The notes under the pieces are model-generated. The model made no database searches and was not told the origin of the DNA. It saw nothing but the letters and a program-made list of their open reading frames with translations. DNA of 64,000 nucleotides. Source: a virus. Lineage: Duplodnaviria > Caudoviricetes. The position numbers were made by a program, and so were the translations under genes. Positions 9,651-21,312 of this stretch are shown here, in pieces; within the stretch, counting starts at the first letter, position 1, and each line of letters begins with the position of its first letter. The stretch lies in IMG/VR virus record IMGVR_UViG_3300028886_000045, one strand, 5' to 3'.

Positions 9651-9920
9651 TGCTTTTGACTTTTATTTCCCTTATTTTACTAAAATGTTCAATTTTGTTC
9701 AAATATTTATTTTGCTATTAAGTACACCCTTATTTGCCGATTCACTTTGTCTATTACCCACATATAATCATTATCAAACAGAAAGAATCTCCGTAAATAA
9801 TACTTATCCTCTTTCAGTAATTTTAGAATGTTCTCTTTTTTATTCTTTAGGAATAATTCTTTATTCGGTTCAAATCTGTATTCCATATAAACCTCCCTAC
9901 AAAACTTTGCAACACAAAAA

Positions 9921-10361
9921 TCAAATCTTTGCTTTTTTTGGGGGTAATGGTGGTAACATTCTCCAATGTGTCACTTCGTATTTTTCCTCAACGGAAAAGC
10001 CTGCTATATTCCACTCTCCCCTTGCAAAATCATAAAACGCCCTTTGTTGGTTGCAACCATTTGTAACCAACACATGAACGCTGAAATCTTTACATTTGGG
10101 GTCTTCATCCCTCGGTGGCAATCCGTCCGAAATCTCATGCCACCCATTTTCATCCATTATGGCAATACTTTCCTTTAATGCACGGATATACGCATCTTTG
10201 TACCCTTTTTCGTATTCAAGTTCACATACGCGCTTTATTATTTCCTTACATTCTTGCACGTTTTTCTTGATTACGTCTTCCACCTGTTTCTTAAACTCCG
10301 TTGGTATCATATCTATTTCTGTTTTATCCGATACTTGTATGTGGTGTTTTCCCAATCCCAA
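9921..10361 (-). CDS. DUF551-like phage protein (start probably internal)
   Basis: WHEISDGLP..VLV..VTHWRMLPPLP. Confidence 0.75.
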   Translation of the reverse strand: MGLGKHHIQVSDKTEIDMIPTEFKKQVEDVIKKNVQECKEIIKRVCELEYEKGYKDAYIRALKESIAIMDENGWHEISDGLPPRDEDPKCKDFSVHVLVTNGCNQQRAFYDFARGEWNIAGFSVEEKYEVTHWRMLPPLPPKKAKI

Positions 10362-10616
10362 TTTGGCTCATCCACACCCACATACCTCATCGTACTAAAA
10401 TTTACAAGTTCTTCTATTTCCGCGCCATTGACATACGCTTGCATTACCTCAATGACTTTCCGCGTTTCGTTCTTTGTCATTTCTTGCTTTCCTCATACCA
10501 TTACAAACGCCAAGGATTACAGCCAAAGCGAACATAAGAGCACCGCCCCAACCAAAGACAAATAACAATATCCCCAAAACCAAGGCGAAACACACACTTA
10601 ACTTTAACATAGCACA

Positions 10617-11000
10617 CTAATTTATTTTTACGATTTCCCTTCGTGTCTTTTCGCGTTCAAACTTCCAACAAACCATTTCGTAAAGCGCATCAAAAAGGCA
10701 TTCCGTTGAAGACGTTACTTTCTTTTTTCCATCCCAACAATTCATATAAGATACCTCATGATAGTCACAATGACTTTCCACGGAAACATAGTCCTCATCG
10801 CGTTTGTCTGTTGTCGGTAGCAACGCCATTAATGCAGATTCACTCCAACAAGGGATTGCGCCTTTTTCCAAAACCTTTCCATCCCACACCCAAGGAATGT
10901 TATTGTCAAAGACGGTGTATCGCATATCTGCCGTACTGACATCTACCCCTAATCTGATAAGGTTTTCACTTTGTTGTTCTGTTGTGTATCTTCTTTTCAT
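10617..11000 (-). CDS. phage protein, 'T/SADM..WS.SAL' family
   Basis: Motifs shared with 17156..17518. Confidence 0.7.
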   Translation of the reverse strand: MKRRYTTEQQSENLIRLGVDVSTADMRYTVFDNNIPWVWDGKVLEKGAIPCWSESALMALLPTTDKRDEDYVSVESHCDYHEVSYMNCWDGKKKVTSSTECLFDALYEMVCWKFEREKTRREIVKIN

Positions 11001-11002
11001 AA

Positions 11003-11461
11003 CTATTCCGTTTTGAAATTATCTGCCAATTCATCCCATCCGTTCAAACGCAAAGCGTGTTTCAGTTCGTAAACACTTTCTATATCGCAGTTGTGCATAT
11101 AGTTGCAACCGTCCCTATGCTTACACCTTTTTTCAATATCTGTTACTATCCTTGACCCTTTGCCTACAAAGAAAGTCAAACGTACACACCCATCACGCCT
11201 TCCGTCTTTGTCACAGAAATAGCACTCATACTGTTCGCATATTTCCGTAGTCACCGAAACCTTGAAACCATTTAACAAAAGGATTTTTGGGGAAATCGGT
11301 ATTGTCTTTTCCGCGCAACTTTGCTCCTTTGCGCCACGGATATACATTTGTACTGCAATATCCATTACATAAGGGGGTATATGGTCATTCGGAATGCCCA
11401 CCGCGCTACATTCATTCACCACACTTGTATATTCTGCTATCGCCTTTTTCTCAATGTTCAT
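11003..11461 (-). CDS. phage protein, 'VHELQHALRL' family
   Basis: VYELKHALRLNG..ADNFK. Confidence 0.7.
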   Translation of the reverse strand: MNIEKKAIAEYTSVVNECSAVGIPNDHIPPYVMDIAVQMYIRGAKEQSCAEKTIPISPKILLLNGFKVSVTTEICEQYECYFCDKDGRRDGCVRLTFFVGKGSRIVTDIEKRCKHRDGCNYMHNCDIESVYELKHALRLNGWDELADNFKTE

Positions 11462-12477
11462 ACTTTCTAACCTTTTAATTGTTTTACAAAATCATCAAGC
11501 CTTAAACTTCCATTGCCTTTGTTTCCTTTAGGGGGATTTCCGTGTGTGAAACTGCTTATCCCATCCGTATCTATCTTTATACGCCTCCTCATATTGCAAT
11601 AACTGAATATGCCTATCCTTTGGAATTGTCACGCTTTCTTCATCACGAACAAAATAATCCACTCGGTTCTTCTCCCCTATCAATTTACAAAGAAAGTTGT
11701 TACCGCACTCTTTATACAAAGAACAATTTCCGCAAGTGCCACTCTGCTTATTGTCCCTTATCAGCCTATGCCGTACCCCATCTATTTCTATTACTACATT
11801 TTGCATAATGAAAGTTCTTCTTTAATTAATGCCCACCTTATTTGCGCCCTCCAACTCATATCTATGTCCTTTGTGCTCAGAATCCTATCCCTTAACGGCT
11901 TTAGCAAATCTATTTCCGTTATTAGAAATCCGTTTGCAAACATATCAATCGTTTGGCTATCCCAAACCTCGGCTTTCGCGAACACTTCAACCGCTTCTTT
12001 GTATTTCCCATTATTGAGAAACTTACACATTTCAACCTTACTTTCCCATTCCATAGTTTTGTGTGTTTACATTGTTCTCGTTAATATACTTTTCCGCGTT
12101 CTTTTCCGCGATTTTCCTTGCTTTCTCACATTCTGCCTTTGTACCATAGAAGGGAGGTATGAATGGAAGAGTAGGAATCCAAACCATCCAACGATTCACT
12201 TGCAAAGGATGTGGCTTGATAATAGTGTACTTATAAAACCTACCCATTCCAATGTGTCGTTATGTAATTCTTTCTCCTTTCCATTTCGTTAAAATGGACT
12301 TCACATCTGTTTGTCCTTTCGTATTCTTCTAAAAGTTCAAACACCCTATCTAACGCCTTGTTTGAGGGTAGGTCATGGTGGTTATTCTGCTTTTGAAACT
12401 CAATCATTGCTTCGTTTCTGCCCTTTAACAAACCCATTCTATACCCTTCAATATACAAATCCCTTTTTGCCATACTA

Positions 12478-12732
12478 CTATTTCAAAAATCCCACAAACA
12501 CGCCATACCACATAGCACGGTCTTCTGATTCATCCAACGTGATACGACCGCTTTCATGCAAATAGTCAATAAACTCGTCAAAGGCATTTTTTGCCTTTTC
12601 CATGTCAATCTGCTTTTGGTCTATCGCGCCTTGGTAATATCCCTCGGCAAATCTTTCGCATTCAGTAGCACTAACGCCTTTCTGTCCGTACTCCTTCCGC
12701 TTTTCCGTTGTCCTTAACTTGATACTTTCCAT
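12478..12732 (-). CDS. small phage protein, 'YxxGA-DQ' family
   Basis: GYYQGAIDQKQIDMEKA. Confidence 0.65.
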   Translation of the reverse strand: MESIKLRTTEKRKEYGQKGVSATECERFAEGYYQGAIDQKQIDMEKAKNAFDEFIDYLHESGRITLDESEDRAMWYGVFVGFLK

Positions 12733-12851
12733 ACGCTATTTCTTTTCTGTTTTATGCTTACATTTCAGAACGCCCATTTTTGCCATGCATCTTAGGCATA
12801 TTGAAATTTCCATTTGTGGGTCTAACATCTGCCCATAGTAACGGCAATAGT

Positions 12852-13037
12852 TCATTTCTTTTCGTTGGATAATGTCATTCTTGTCGCACTCCAATCAATT
12901 CCGTCATAACCGATTGTACCGCCACACAACTCCATCGTATCGTTATCCGTTGTTATCACAACCGCTTTTCTGACATACTTACGGTTACAGCCACACAACA
13001 GACTTGCACACAATAATAAAAATACTACCTTTTTCAT
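12852..13037 (-). CDS. putative lipoprotein
   Basis: MKKVVFLLLCASLLCG-C signal peptide with lipobox-like Cys. Confidence 0.55.
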   Translation of the reverse strand: MKKVVFLLLCASLLCGCNRKYVRKAVVITTDNDTMELCGGTIGYDGIDWSATRMTLSNEKK

Positions 13038-13462
13038 TTGCTTTCAAATTTATTTCCTACAATTTCGATTTCCACCCTTTGCCCATCTATGGTTGCATTC
13101 ATAAAATCCCCTATACTTAGGCAATCTACATTCTGCAAATCTTTCTTTCCGAAAGACTCGTCAATACAGAAATACCCATTAGGATGCCACCTTACCTCGC
13201 CAAACGCCTTTTCGTGAAACTGCGTCTTTACAATATCACCCCCATAGATTTCTTTGCCGTTCTTATCGCGCAACCCTACATACATACCGACCGTTTCCCA
13301 TTCCACCCACAAAGGAAAATCACTCGTCTGTCTTATATGGTGTCCGTCCCTTTCCATATCGGACTCGCTTACGATATAGTAGCCATCATCCAAATGCACC
13401 AACGCCCCATAAAGCCATTGGCTCAAAGTTTTGCTATATCCCCTAAACTTGTACTCTTTCAT
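13034..13462 (-). CDS. YopX family protein
   Basis: YKFRG..WLYG.L..TVGMYVGLRDKNGKEIYGGDIV..EIVGN. Confidence 0.9.
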   Translation of the reverse strand: MKEYKFRGYSKTLSQWLYGALVHLDDGYYIVSESDMERDGHHIRQTSDFPLWVEWETVGMYVGLRDKNGKEIYGGDIVKTQFHEKAFGEVRWHPNGYFCIDESFGKKDLQNVDCLSIGDFMNATIDGQRVEIEIVGNKFESK

Positions 13463-13825
13463 TCTGTTTCCGTTTCATTGCTTCCATAAAGGAATCTATT
13501 ATCTGTTTCCGTATCTCCTTATCCAATTCCACCTCGTTAGGGTAGGTTAGATAATCCTTCCACCAAGCGCAAGCATCGTTTATTGCGTCTGTGTACCCTT
13601 TTTTATACGCCTTCATGCTTTTGCGTTTTTGAAAGTTCTACCACCAAAGCATCTGCATACGTTACCGCCATTTTAGCAACTGCTTGCATTACGGTGGTTT
13701 CAGCCTCTATCTTTCCACCTCGTATTAATGCTTCTTTAACTACTTCTAAGCATTTAGGCAACATTATAATAGATGCCCTTTTTCTTATTTCACTATCTGT
13801 CATAATAATATTTCTATTTATTTTT

Positions 13826-14284
13826 TTAATCGGTTTCCATTTCCCTTCGTATCAGTTGCAACTCGTTACACTCGTTGTACTTGAAATCATTCTTGATTTG
13901 CCCCTTATGGTCATGTTTATGGTAACACATACCACACATACCCCTTTCACACATCAAGTCGCAATAAGTCTTGCAAGCCTTCTCTATCATCTGCATTCGC
14001 GTGGTTTCAATAGCATCTGAAAAAGTCGGTTGGCAGTTATGCTCCTCAATGAAATCATACACAAAGTGCATTTCTCGCGCCAATTCTTCACCACTTGCCT
14101 TTTCACACCTTGCAAGTCTGTTGTTTTCCAACTCTTCTACCATGCGTTCACAGCCTTTCAAAAAGAACTTTTCCGCACATTTTACAAGTGCCCAACCTTG
14201 CTCATCCAAGTCCTTTTCCCTATATTGCAGAATGCCCTTGACTATATCGACTATATTGTTTTTTATATTTTCTAATTTTGCCAT
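13826..14284 (-). CDS. phage protein, 'PTFSD' family
   Basis: Paralog of 3960..4295. Confidence 0.7.
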   Translation of the reverse strand: MAKLENIKNNIVDIVKGILQYREKDLDEQGWALVKCAEKFFLKGCERMVEELENNRLARCEKASGEELAREMHFVYDFIEEHNCQPTFSDAIETTRMQMIEKACKTYCDLMCERGMCGMCYHKHDHKGQIKNDFKYNECNELQLIRREMETD

Positions 14285-14702
14285 ATTGCCAAACCTTTAA
14301 GAATTACTAATCCAACTTTTTTACGATATTAAAGCGTGGGGCTTTCTGCCAACAGCAAGTACCATCATCCATATAAGGCACTTCAATACAAGAAATCCCT
14401 TGTTCTACCAAAAGTTTATGTATGAACGGTATTCTATTTTCTACATAAACCGCCAATTTCCCACCCTTGGTTTTGTATCTATCGCCAAACTTTGCGTCCT
14501 TGAACATTTTCTCCATACTACTTTTCTGTTTCAAAGTGTTTATTCTCGTCTGAAAATATGATTGAACAAAGTGCATCCGATGTTTGATAGCATACGACTT
14601 TCAACGAACACGGTTTGCATCCTTCCTTTTTCTTCGTGTCTGCTACCAAAACGTGCTTTACACCTTTTATTGTTATAGAATTTTCCATATTCTGTTTCGT
14701 TT

Positions 14703-14951
14703 TTAAGCATCATGCAAATCCAAAAACAAAGAATTTAATGTAGTATCGAGTGAAACACGATAATCCCTACATGGTGTTTCCTTACCGAAAATGCGTGCAG
14801 TAAAATAAATATTGTAATTACAAAAATACAATTCAAAAGAACCACGCTCACCATTCGCGGTAACAAAACCCGAACGATAAGAACTTTTGCGTGACAATCT
14901 GCCATTCTTTACCAAGTCCTTAATCTGTACGTTATATCTTTCTTTTGCCAT
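14703..14951 (-). CDS. hypothetical protein, first gene after a promoter
   Basis: Follows promoter 14996..15027. Confidence 0.65.
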   Translation of the reverse strand: MAKERYNVQIKDLVKNGRLSRKSSYRSGFVTANGERGSFELYFCNYNIYFTARIFGKETPCRDYRVSLDTTLNSLFLDLHDA

Positions 14952-15102
14952 TTTGTTTGTTGTTTTGATTTTACTTTTGTTACTTAATTACGTTGCAAAG
15001 ATACAAAGAAATATTGACTTTTGCAAATTTTTTACCAATTATTTTATGTCTGATACAAACTTTTACCAATTTTGCAATCCCTACTTAGCAAACGCACATA
15101 CT

Positions 15103-15131
15103 AAAAACCCTCCACCCTTTCGGATGGAGGG
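15103..15131 (-). terminator. intrinsic terminator with GAAA loop
   Basis: CCCUCCAUCC-GAAA-GGGUGGAGGG-U5. Confidence 0.8.
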
Positions 15132-15332
15132 AAAAAACAATTATAAAACAAAAAAAAGTACACCACTTTCTTATCTTATCCTTTCTTCATATCAAAACGC
15201 GCCTCTGCATATCCCCTACAATAAGCGGATTCAATAAGATTCTTTGTCTTTTCATCAACGCTATTGTATTGCGCTACTGTTTTGGCATATTCCCTTGCCT
15301 TTTCTTCTGTTGATTTCATGATTCTTTAATAT

Positions 15333-15575
15333 TTAATATTTTGTTATCGCTTCGTACATTTGCCGTGCCTCTCTTGGTGTTATAGTTACGCCATTTGACG
15401 CACATTTCAAGCGGTCTGCTATATCCGCGATATTTCCTATAATAAAACCACTACCCTTACAGTTGCTACATTTTAAGCGTGTAGGAATATCATGCTCCCA
15501 CGCCCAAACAGACGAGCGACTATAATACCTTGGGTTGGAAACGTAACCGCTACCATTACATTTTGGACACTTCAT
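15333..15575 (-). CDS. DnaJ-type Zn-finger protein
   Basis: CPKCNGSG and CSNCKGSG repeats. Confidence 0.75.
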   Translation of the reverse strand: MKCPKCNGSGYVSNPRYYSRSSVWAWEHDIPTRLKCSNCKGSGFIIGNIADIADRLKCASNGVTITPREARQMYEAITKY

Positions 15576-16744
15576 CGCTTGTAGTTTCTTCTGTAACTTT
15601 CCCTATTCAGTTTCCAATATACTTGTCTGACCTTTCGGTAAAACATTTCCTCTGTCATTCCGAAACGCCACACTTGATATGGCTTGTAATCTGCGACACC
15701 ATAGCCAACGCTAACCCCTACAACACGCTCTTTCCCATTCCATAGCCTTTCAGTCGTTACGCTGTTTATGTGCGCACAGAAACGCGCCCTCGCTATTACC
15801 TTTCTTAGCAACTTTACCTTCATGCCTTTACGATAAAATGGAAATACAAATTATTTCTTCTGAAATTGAAATACCACTCATCGGCATTCAGCATTTTCTT
15901 CATTCCGCGAATAAAATCCTCATCATAATCAAAAGCCGAACTCATAGTTAAATTCACCATATATCCGTTATAGGAAATGGTGTTGTTATATACCCTTGGT
16001 GATATATCCCAATGCTTGATAGTGTCCTCATCGCACTTTTCCTTCAGCCTTTGGATTTTTCCAAATATTTCCGCTATCGTTGTGCTAACTTGTCCACTTA
16101 CAGCATCACACGCTTCTTTTGTTGCTATCATTTCGCAAACATCAATCCCTTTTTCCATTATCTTTCCCTTTTGTTATCCACGACTTTACCAATTCTTCAA
16201 CTTGACACACTTGTTTCGTAGATAAGTAAGCCAAATGCACCTTGAAAAAACCCTCGCCCTCGCTAAAGTCTTCCATTGTGATACACGCCTTTGGGTGCGC
16301 GTCATTTTTCCTACCACCACAATCTATATCGGATAGGCACTTATTGACATCTGCCAATTCTGAGGTTGTTCGCTCCCACGGCATAGGAATATCTACCTCC
16401 AATGGGCTGTTTTCAATCGTAACAAAATCGCCTACTTCTTTAGGTGACAATGGCAAATAGAAACCGCCCCCATATTCCCCAAAAGTCCAACGATACCTCC
16501 CCAAAAAAGAGTCATATATCCTTTTAGGCTTTTGGAAGAACATAAAGATAGTGTCCTCTGTACTTGTTTTTTCCCTTGTAAGCCAAACTTTCATATTTGC
16601 TTTCTTTATTTTACATCCGATATTTCCATACGCACACGCTACAATCCTTTGCAGAACACCAACGGCACTCACTATTGATATTTGCCACGATTTCCTCAAG
16701 ACTGCGGTCGTGTGGGGCTTGATTTATAGGTCTCATCGCTCTTT

Positions 16745-17149
16745 CTATTTAGAATAATAGCAAGTAAAAGGCTTAAAACAGACAATTCCGTAAAACGGAT
16801 TTGTGATACCATTTCTGAAATTTGAAAATGTTTCAGAAATTGCTTCCATTATAAACCCATCATCTGTGTCACCATCCAAATCGGGCATTTCTTCGTGCTT
16901 TTGTTTCGATAAAAATTGAATTATTATCTTTGACACTATATCTATATCAAAATCAAATTGGAATTTCTGCCAACCCAAAAAAGGTTCACCCTTACCATCC
17001 CACCAACCTAAACAATACTTTCCGTCTTCGGTTGTTTGGAAACAGAGTTTATTTGGGTCTGTACCATCGTACTTTAACGCAAATTCCAACGCTGATTTTA
17101 ATTGATTATAATCGCCCGATATTACTAATTTCTGATTGCTACTAAACAT
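16745..17149 (-). CDS. hypothetical protein
   Basis: Minus-strand ORF, 134 aa. Confidence 0.65.
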   Translation of the reverse strand: MFSSNQKLVISGDYNQLKSALEFALKYDGTDPNKLCFQTTEDGKYCLGWWDGKGEPFLGWQKFQFDFDIDIVSKIIIQFLSKQKHEEMPDLDGDTDDGFIMEAISETFSNFRNGITNPFYGIVCFKPFTCYYSK

Positions 17150-17155
17150 ATCGCC

Positions 17156-17518
17156 TTAATTTAATAAGCCTCTTTCTTTAAGTTTGCGTATCATTTCGTA
17201 GCAAGCATCAATAGGATTCAAATAGGAATCAGTCATAAATCCATTTGCTTCAAAATAATATCCACCTTCATACATCTGTAACTCGTATCTACCACTTTTA
17301 CGAATTACTTCCAAAAGTGCTGACGCGCTCCAAGCATGATAGAATTTCACTCCCCCATCACCATCCTTTACACAATCCCAATCATTAATAGGGAGAATCC
17401 TTGTTGTGTCATCAACAAAAACATTCCATCCCATATCTGCACTATCAAGTGGCAGTATCTCAGCAAGTATCTTGCTTTGTGACAAATCTGTATATGCTTT
17501 CATAACAAATCCCCTCAA
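17156..17518 (-). CDS. phage protein, 'T/SADM..WS.SAL' family
   Basis: QSK.L..SADM..AWSASALL..DACYEMI. Confidence 0.7.
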   Translation of the reverse strand: MRGFVMKAYTDLSQSKILAEILPLDSADMGWNVFVDDTTRILPINDWDCVKDGDGGVKFYHAWSASALLEVIRKSGRYELQMYEGGYYFEANGFMTDSYLNPIDACYEMIRKLKERGLLN

Positions 17519-18150
17519 TTTGAAATTCTTAATATTTTATATCTATAACTTCTTTTGGTCAAAGTCACTCGCTTTTTCCAAATTTCCATTTTGTTTTTTT
17601 TACGAATGTTCTTCCAACTGTTCCAATCGGAGCAGTTTCTTCATATCTAACTATTCGCCTTATTGGAATACTTTTTGCGCTAATGTGTAACCAACAATGG
17701 TTTTCGGAATCTTGCTCATGTGGAGCACAACATTCAAAGTCACAGCAACACTCATCGCGCCAAGGATTATGAATTGCAATTCCAAACCATTGAAATAGGC
17801 TTTGTATTCTTGCAGAAAATGCTATATTTTTACTAAAAGCGGTTCTAAGATAATAATTGTAAAATATTTTTTTCATATATCTATCATTTCGTAAGTTTTA
17901 AGTACAATTCGTATAACTCTTCCTCGGAATACTTATACCAAAGATGATAGTTAGGGTATTGCCAATCAAACTTATCTACAAATCCCCCAATATAGTGACC
18001 AAGCCCCATATCCTCTACTATACCCATTTTGTCATAACTTGGTTCAACACCCCTAAGTAGATTTATGATGTCTTTTTTGGTTAATTCTACATTCATAGAT
18101 ATTGTTATTTAAGTTCTACTATTTATGTTTTAGCGTTTACCCCCAACAGC

Positions 18151-18615
18151 CTAAATACAAGCCTTTGGGGGATAAACATAACCATCGCTCGTTCTGTGTT
18201 CTGCAAGAAACTCGAATTGCTCGACAATGGACACCCTACCATTTTCCTTTTTTTCGTCACAACCCCTAATTGTGAAATGTGCTATTCCGACATTACACCC
18301 ATTTGTACCCCCATCAAAGAGGCAGTAGCGATAATAGCAACTCATATCCATTTCATAAGAGCCGTTTTCTTCGTTCTTACGCAACCGACCTTCACATTCT
18401 ACACGCACCTCGCGAAACATTACAGGCATGGTATTAAAAGGTGTGCTAATCGCCTTGATAAGCAAAGAGCCATCGTAAATTATCTTTTCGCTTATCTCAA
18501 AATCCACATTTACGCCCATGCGTAAGAAAGTGGTTTTCAGACTATCGCACATATCTTTGATACTGCCCTCGTTCAAAAGCGAGAATATGCTTACTCTGTT
18601 GTTCTTCTTTTCCAT
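18151..18615 (-). CDS. hypothetical protein, probable paralog of 35765..36151
   Basis: First gene after promoter 18660; shared FR.(V/L).V..ENG..YY..F..G..VGI pattern. Confidence 0.65.
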   Translation of the reverse strand: MEKKNNRVSIFSLLNEGSIKDMCDSLKTTFLRMGVNVDFEISEKIIYDGSLLIKAISTPFNTMPVMFREVRVECEGRLRKNEENGSYEMDMSCYYRYCLFDGGTNGCNVGIAHFTIRGCDEKKENGRVSIVEQFEFLAEHRTSDGYVYPPKACI

Positions 18616-18953
18616 ACTACTTTTTTTGTTTTATTATACTTGTTTTCTTAATTACAATGCAAAGGTACGAATAAATTTTGAATTATGCAAATTTTTTACC
18701 AATAATTTTCTTCTTTTATCGCATTTTTAACATTTCACCACGACAATATAGGCTTCTGTGACTTCATTCACACCTATCATCCAAAATTTCGTCAATCCAC
18801 ACCTTTGTTTCCTTTAGGGAATATCCGTGCACAAAACCGCGCCTATCCTTATCTTTTGCCTCCCAACATATACGATGTTTGGGGTGATAATACCCTACGC
18901 ATATCACCTCAAGACCACGATACAGATAATGCCCCCTACTTATCCGTTTTGCC

Positions 18954-20858
18954 TTATATCCCATTTCGTACAAAATATTTGTCAATAAACGATTTTGAGA
19001 ATAAAGTCCGTTCCACCAAAGTATATGTTTCCTTTTCCTTTGCCGTAATTGGGCGTTTCCACTTCAAACGATTCTTCACGGTTTCTATCGCCACCCTTAC
19101 GACTTCTTCCAACCCATAACCACCTTTTGCCTTCAGTTCACGCGCCATAATCTGACCCACAAACATCTTTATATACTCATTTTCTGCGACCCTTTCCTTT
19201 AGGTATAAATCCTTTACCTTTTTCAGCAATCGCACAAAACGGAAATACTGCGACCTATGCAAACGCGAATTAAGATAGTATTCTATATCATCCATATTCA
19301 CATCGTCATAGTTTAATACACCATATATTGTATCATTATATTGCGACTTCACTTGCACACGAATTGAAACGCGGTTTTTCCGCGAATGATACCAATAGTA
19401 ATCATCCTTTGGCTTATACTTAATCGCATAGTCGTATGTCTTATAATATCCTTTTTTCTGTTCTTCGCCTATCGCCTCTAATGTGTATATGCCTTCCGTT
19501 GGAATAGATGGTGTAGAGAACTTATTGCTATAATACTTAATAAAATCGTAGTCTTTATCAAACTCATAGCCGTATTCCAATCCGAATTGTTTAGGTATAA
19601 GCACTATGCGCTTTCCCTCGCACAACGTACTATTCACCTTTCTTAGCCAATCCTTTATCGGCAATCTACCATCACCAAGCGCGTGCGATAAGTCAAGTTC
19701 ATATCGCAAACAAATCTGACCGTCCTCTATCCCCTCCAAGTTAAGGAAACTACCCTTTACGTTATGTGGCGAAAAGACATCTGAGCGGTCTATCAGTCCT
19801 TGCATAAGAAATGCCACTTGCGTATATCGCTTTCGGAACGTCTCACTTTCCGTCTGATTGTGTCTGATTACGTTTCCCTTTTCCGCACTTTCTGCTTTAA
19901 GTATGTTTTCGTATTCGTCTTTGTTCGGAAACATTCTATCTGTAAGGATTATATGCTCGGATTCAATCTTATACAGATTTTCACCATTACGAACAAGAAA
20001 GACAGTTTGGTGATTATTTTCATTCATCATCCAATTATACAAACGGTCGCTTGCAGTATTTCCGTCTGTATATAATTTATCCGTCCTACGCGGTTTCAAG
20101 GCTACCATTGATTTCTCATCGGGCATCAAATCCTTATAGTGGTTATCTTCCAACAGCCACTTATCAAACCTATCCGATTTTTGCCAATCGAAATCATCAT
20201 CTATTAGTGCCATTTCTTCATCCATGAAAATAACCGCCTGTCGGAATACAATAGGTGTCGTTTCACTTGAAGGCTCACCCTTTTGCAATCGTATCAAGTC
20301 CTCTTTGATACCCATATAGGTCTCTATCGTCTGAATTACATAATCCAAGCGTTTGACCTCGTTTTTCATTTTCTTCACCATATCTTGTATCGGTTGCATA
20401 CGCGCCTTCAAATCCTTTATTTGCTGTTGCATTATCAACTCTGCGTATTTCCGCGTCTTTTCTGCTACCGCACAAGCCTTACTAATATCATCCTTTAACG
20501 CCAAAAGTGTTTCCTTGTTGTTAAGGGACATCAAAGCCGTATCGTCACTTTCCGTAAACTCCTCTATGGTCTCGCCATTTAACACACGTTCTGCCAACGC
20601 CTTTATTTCTTCGGCATCAGCACCAAGCACCTTATAATATTCTTCAAGACTGCTTTTTGAAATATGATAGCCTTTGTAATAGCCATCCTTGGTTACTTCC
20701 AAAGTTATGGGATTTATCTCATCCACGATAACACCCCCATCTTCTTTAATGGCTGAAATCTGATACAACCTTTCGCGGTCATACAGATAACCACCAACCA
20801 TTAACTTCTCGCTAACGGCTAAAGTCAAATCGGATTTCTTTATGATACTTGTTTTCAT
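18954..20858 (-). CDS. large uncharacterised phage protein (coiled coil + conserved-looking core)
   Basis: 634 aa, own promoter (20886); FMDEE, KPRR, RNGENLY, GLIDRS motifs; family not identified. Confidence 0.8.
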   Translation of the reverse strand: MKTSIIKKSDLTLAVSEKLMVGGYLYDRERLYQISAIKEDGGVIVDEINPITLEVTKDGYYKGYHISKSSLEEYYKVLGADAEEIKALAERVLNGETIEEFTESDDTALMSLNNKETLLALKDDISKACAVAEKTRKYAELIMQQQIKDLKARMQPIQDMVKKMKNEVKRLDYVIQTIETYMGIKEDLIRLQKGEPSSETTPIVFRQAVIFMDEEMALIDDDFDWQKSDRFDKWLLEDNHYKDLMPDEKSMVALKPRRTDKLYTDGNTASDRLYNWMMNENNHQTVFLVRNGENLYKIESEHIILTDRMFPNKDEYENILKAESAEKGNVIRHNQTESETFRKRYTQVAFLMQGLIDRSDVFSPHNVKGSFLNLEGIEDGQICLRYELDLSHALGDGRLPIKDWLRKVNSTLCEGKRIVLIPKQFGLEYGYEFDKDYDFIKYYSNKFSTPSIPTEGIYTLEAIGEEQKKGYYKTYDYAIKYKPKDDYYWYHSRKNRVSIRVQVKSQYNDTIYGVLNYDDVNMDDIEYYLNSRLHRSQYFRFVRLLKKVKDLYLKERVAENEYIKMFVGQIMARELKAKGGYGLEEVVRVAIETVKNRLKWKRPITAKEKETYTLVERTLFSKSFIDKYFVRNGI

Positions 20859-20951
20859 ACCTTTGTTTTGCTCTTAATTACAATGCAAAGATACTAATAA
20901 AGTTTGTAATATGCAAATTTTTTGCCAACTTTTTCACTATCTTACCGATTT

Positions 20952-21275
20952 TTAACACTTTTCGGCTTTCTGTGTTTTATTGTTTTTCGCCCATTCTTCA
21001 AGCAAGTTATGTTCCTTGTCAGTATATTTAGGCGTTACCAAATGTGCGTCACACGCTATTAGATGTTCAGCAAGTACACCCAAAGCATCCAAATCCACCT
21101 CTTTTACTTCAAGGGTGTTGATAGTCTCTTTTACCACATTCAAGGCTTGTAATTCGGCTGCGGTCATACACTCTTGCACATTGCCAAATGGATTTGGCTT
21201 GCAAGCGTTTTTCAATGCTTTTTCAATTTTTTCTATCTCTTCCACTACTGCGTTTAATTCAATGTATCGTGCCAT
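20952..21275 (-). CDS. hypothetical protein
   Basis: Minus-strand ORF. Confidence 0.6.
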   Translation of the reverse strand: MARYIELNAVVEEIEKIEKALKNACKPNPFGNVQECMTAAELQALNVVKETINTLEVKEVDLDALGVLAEHLIACDAHLVTPKYTDKEHNLLEEWAKNNKTQKAEKC

Positions 21276-21312
21276 AACTTTTCCTCATTTTTATTATTCT
21301 GTTACTTCAATA

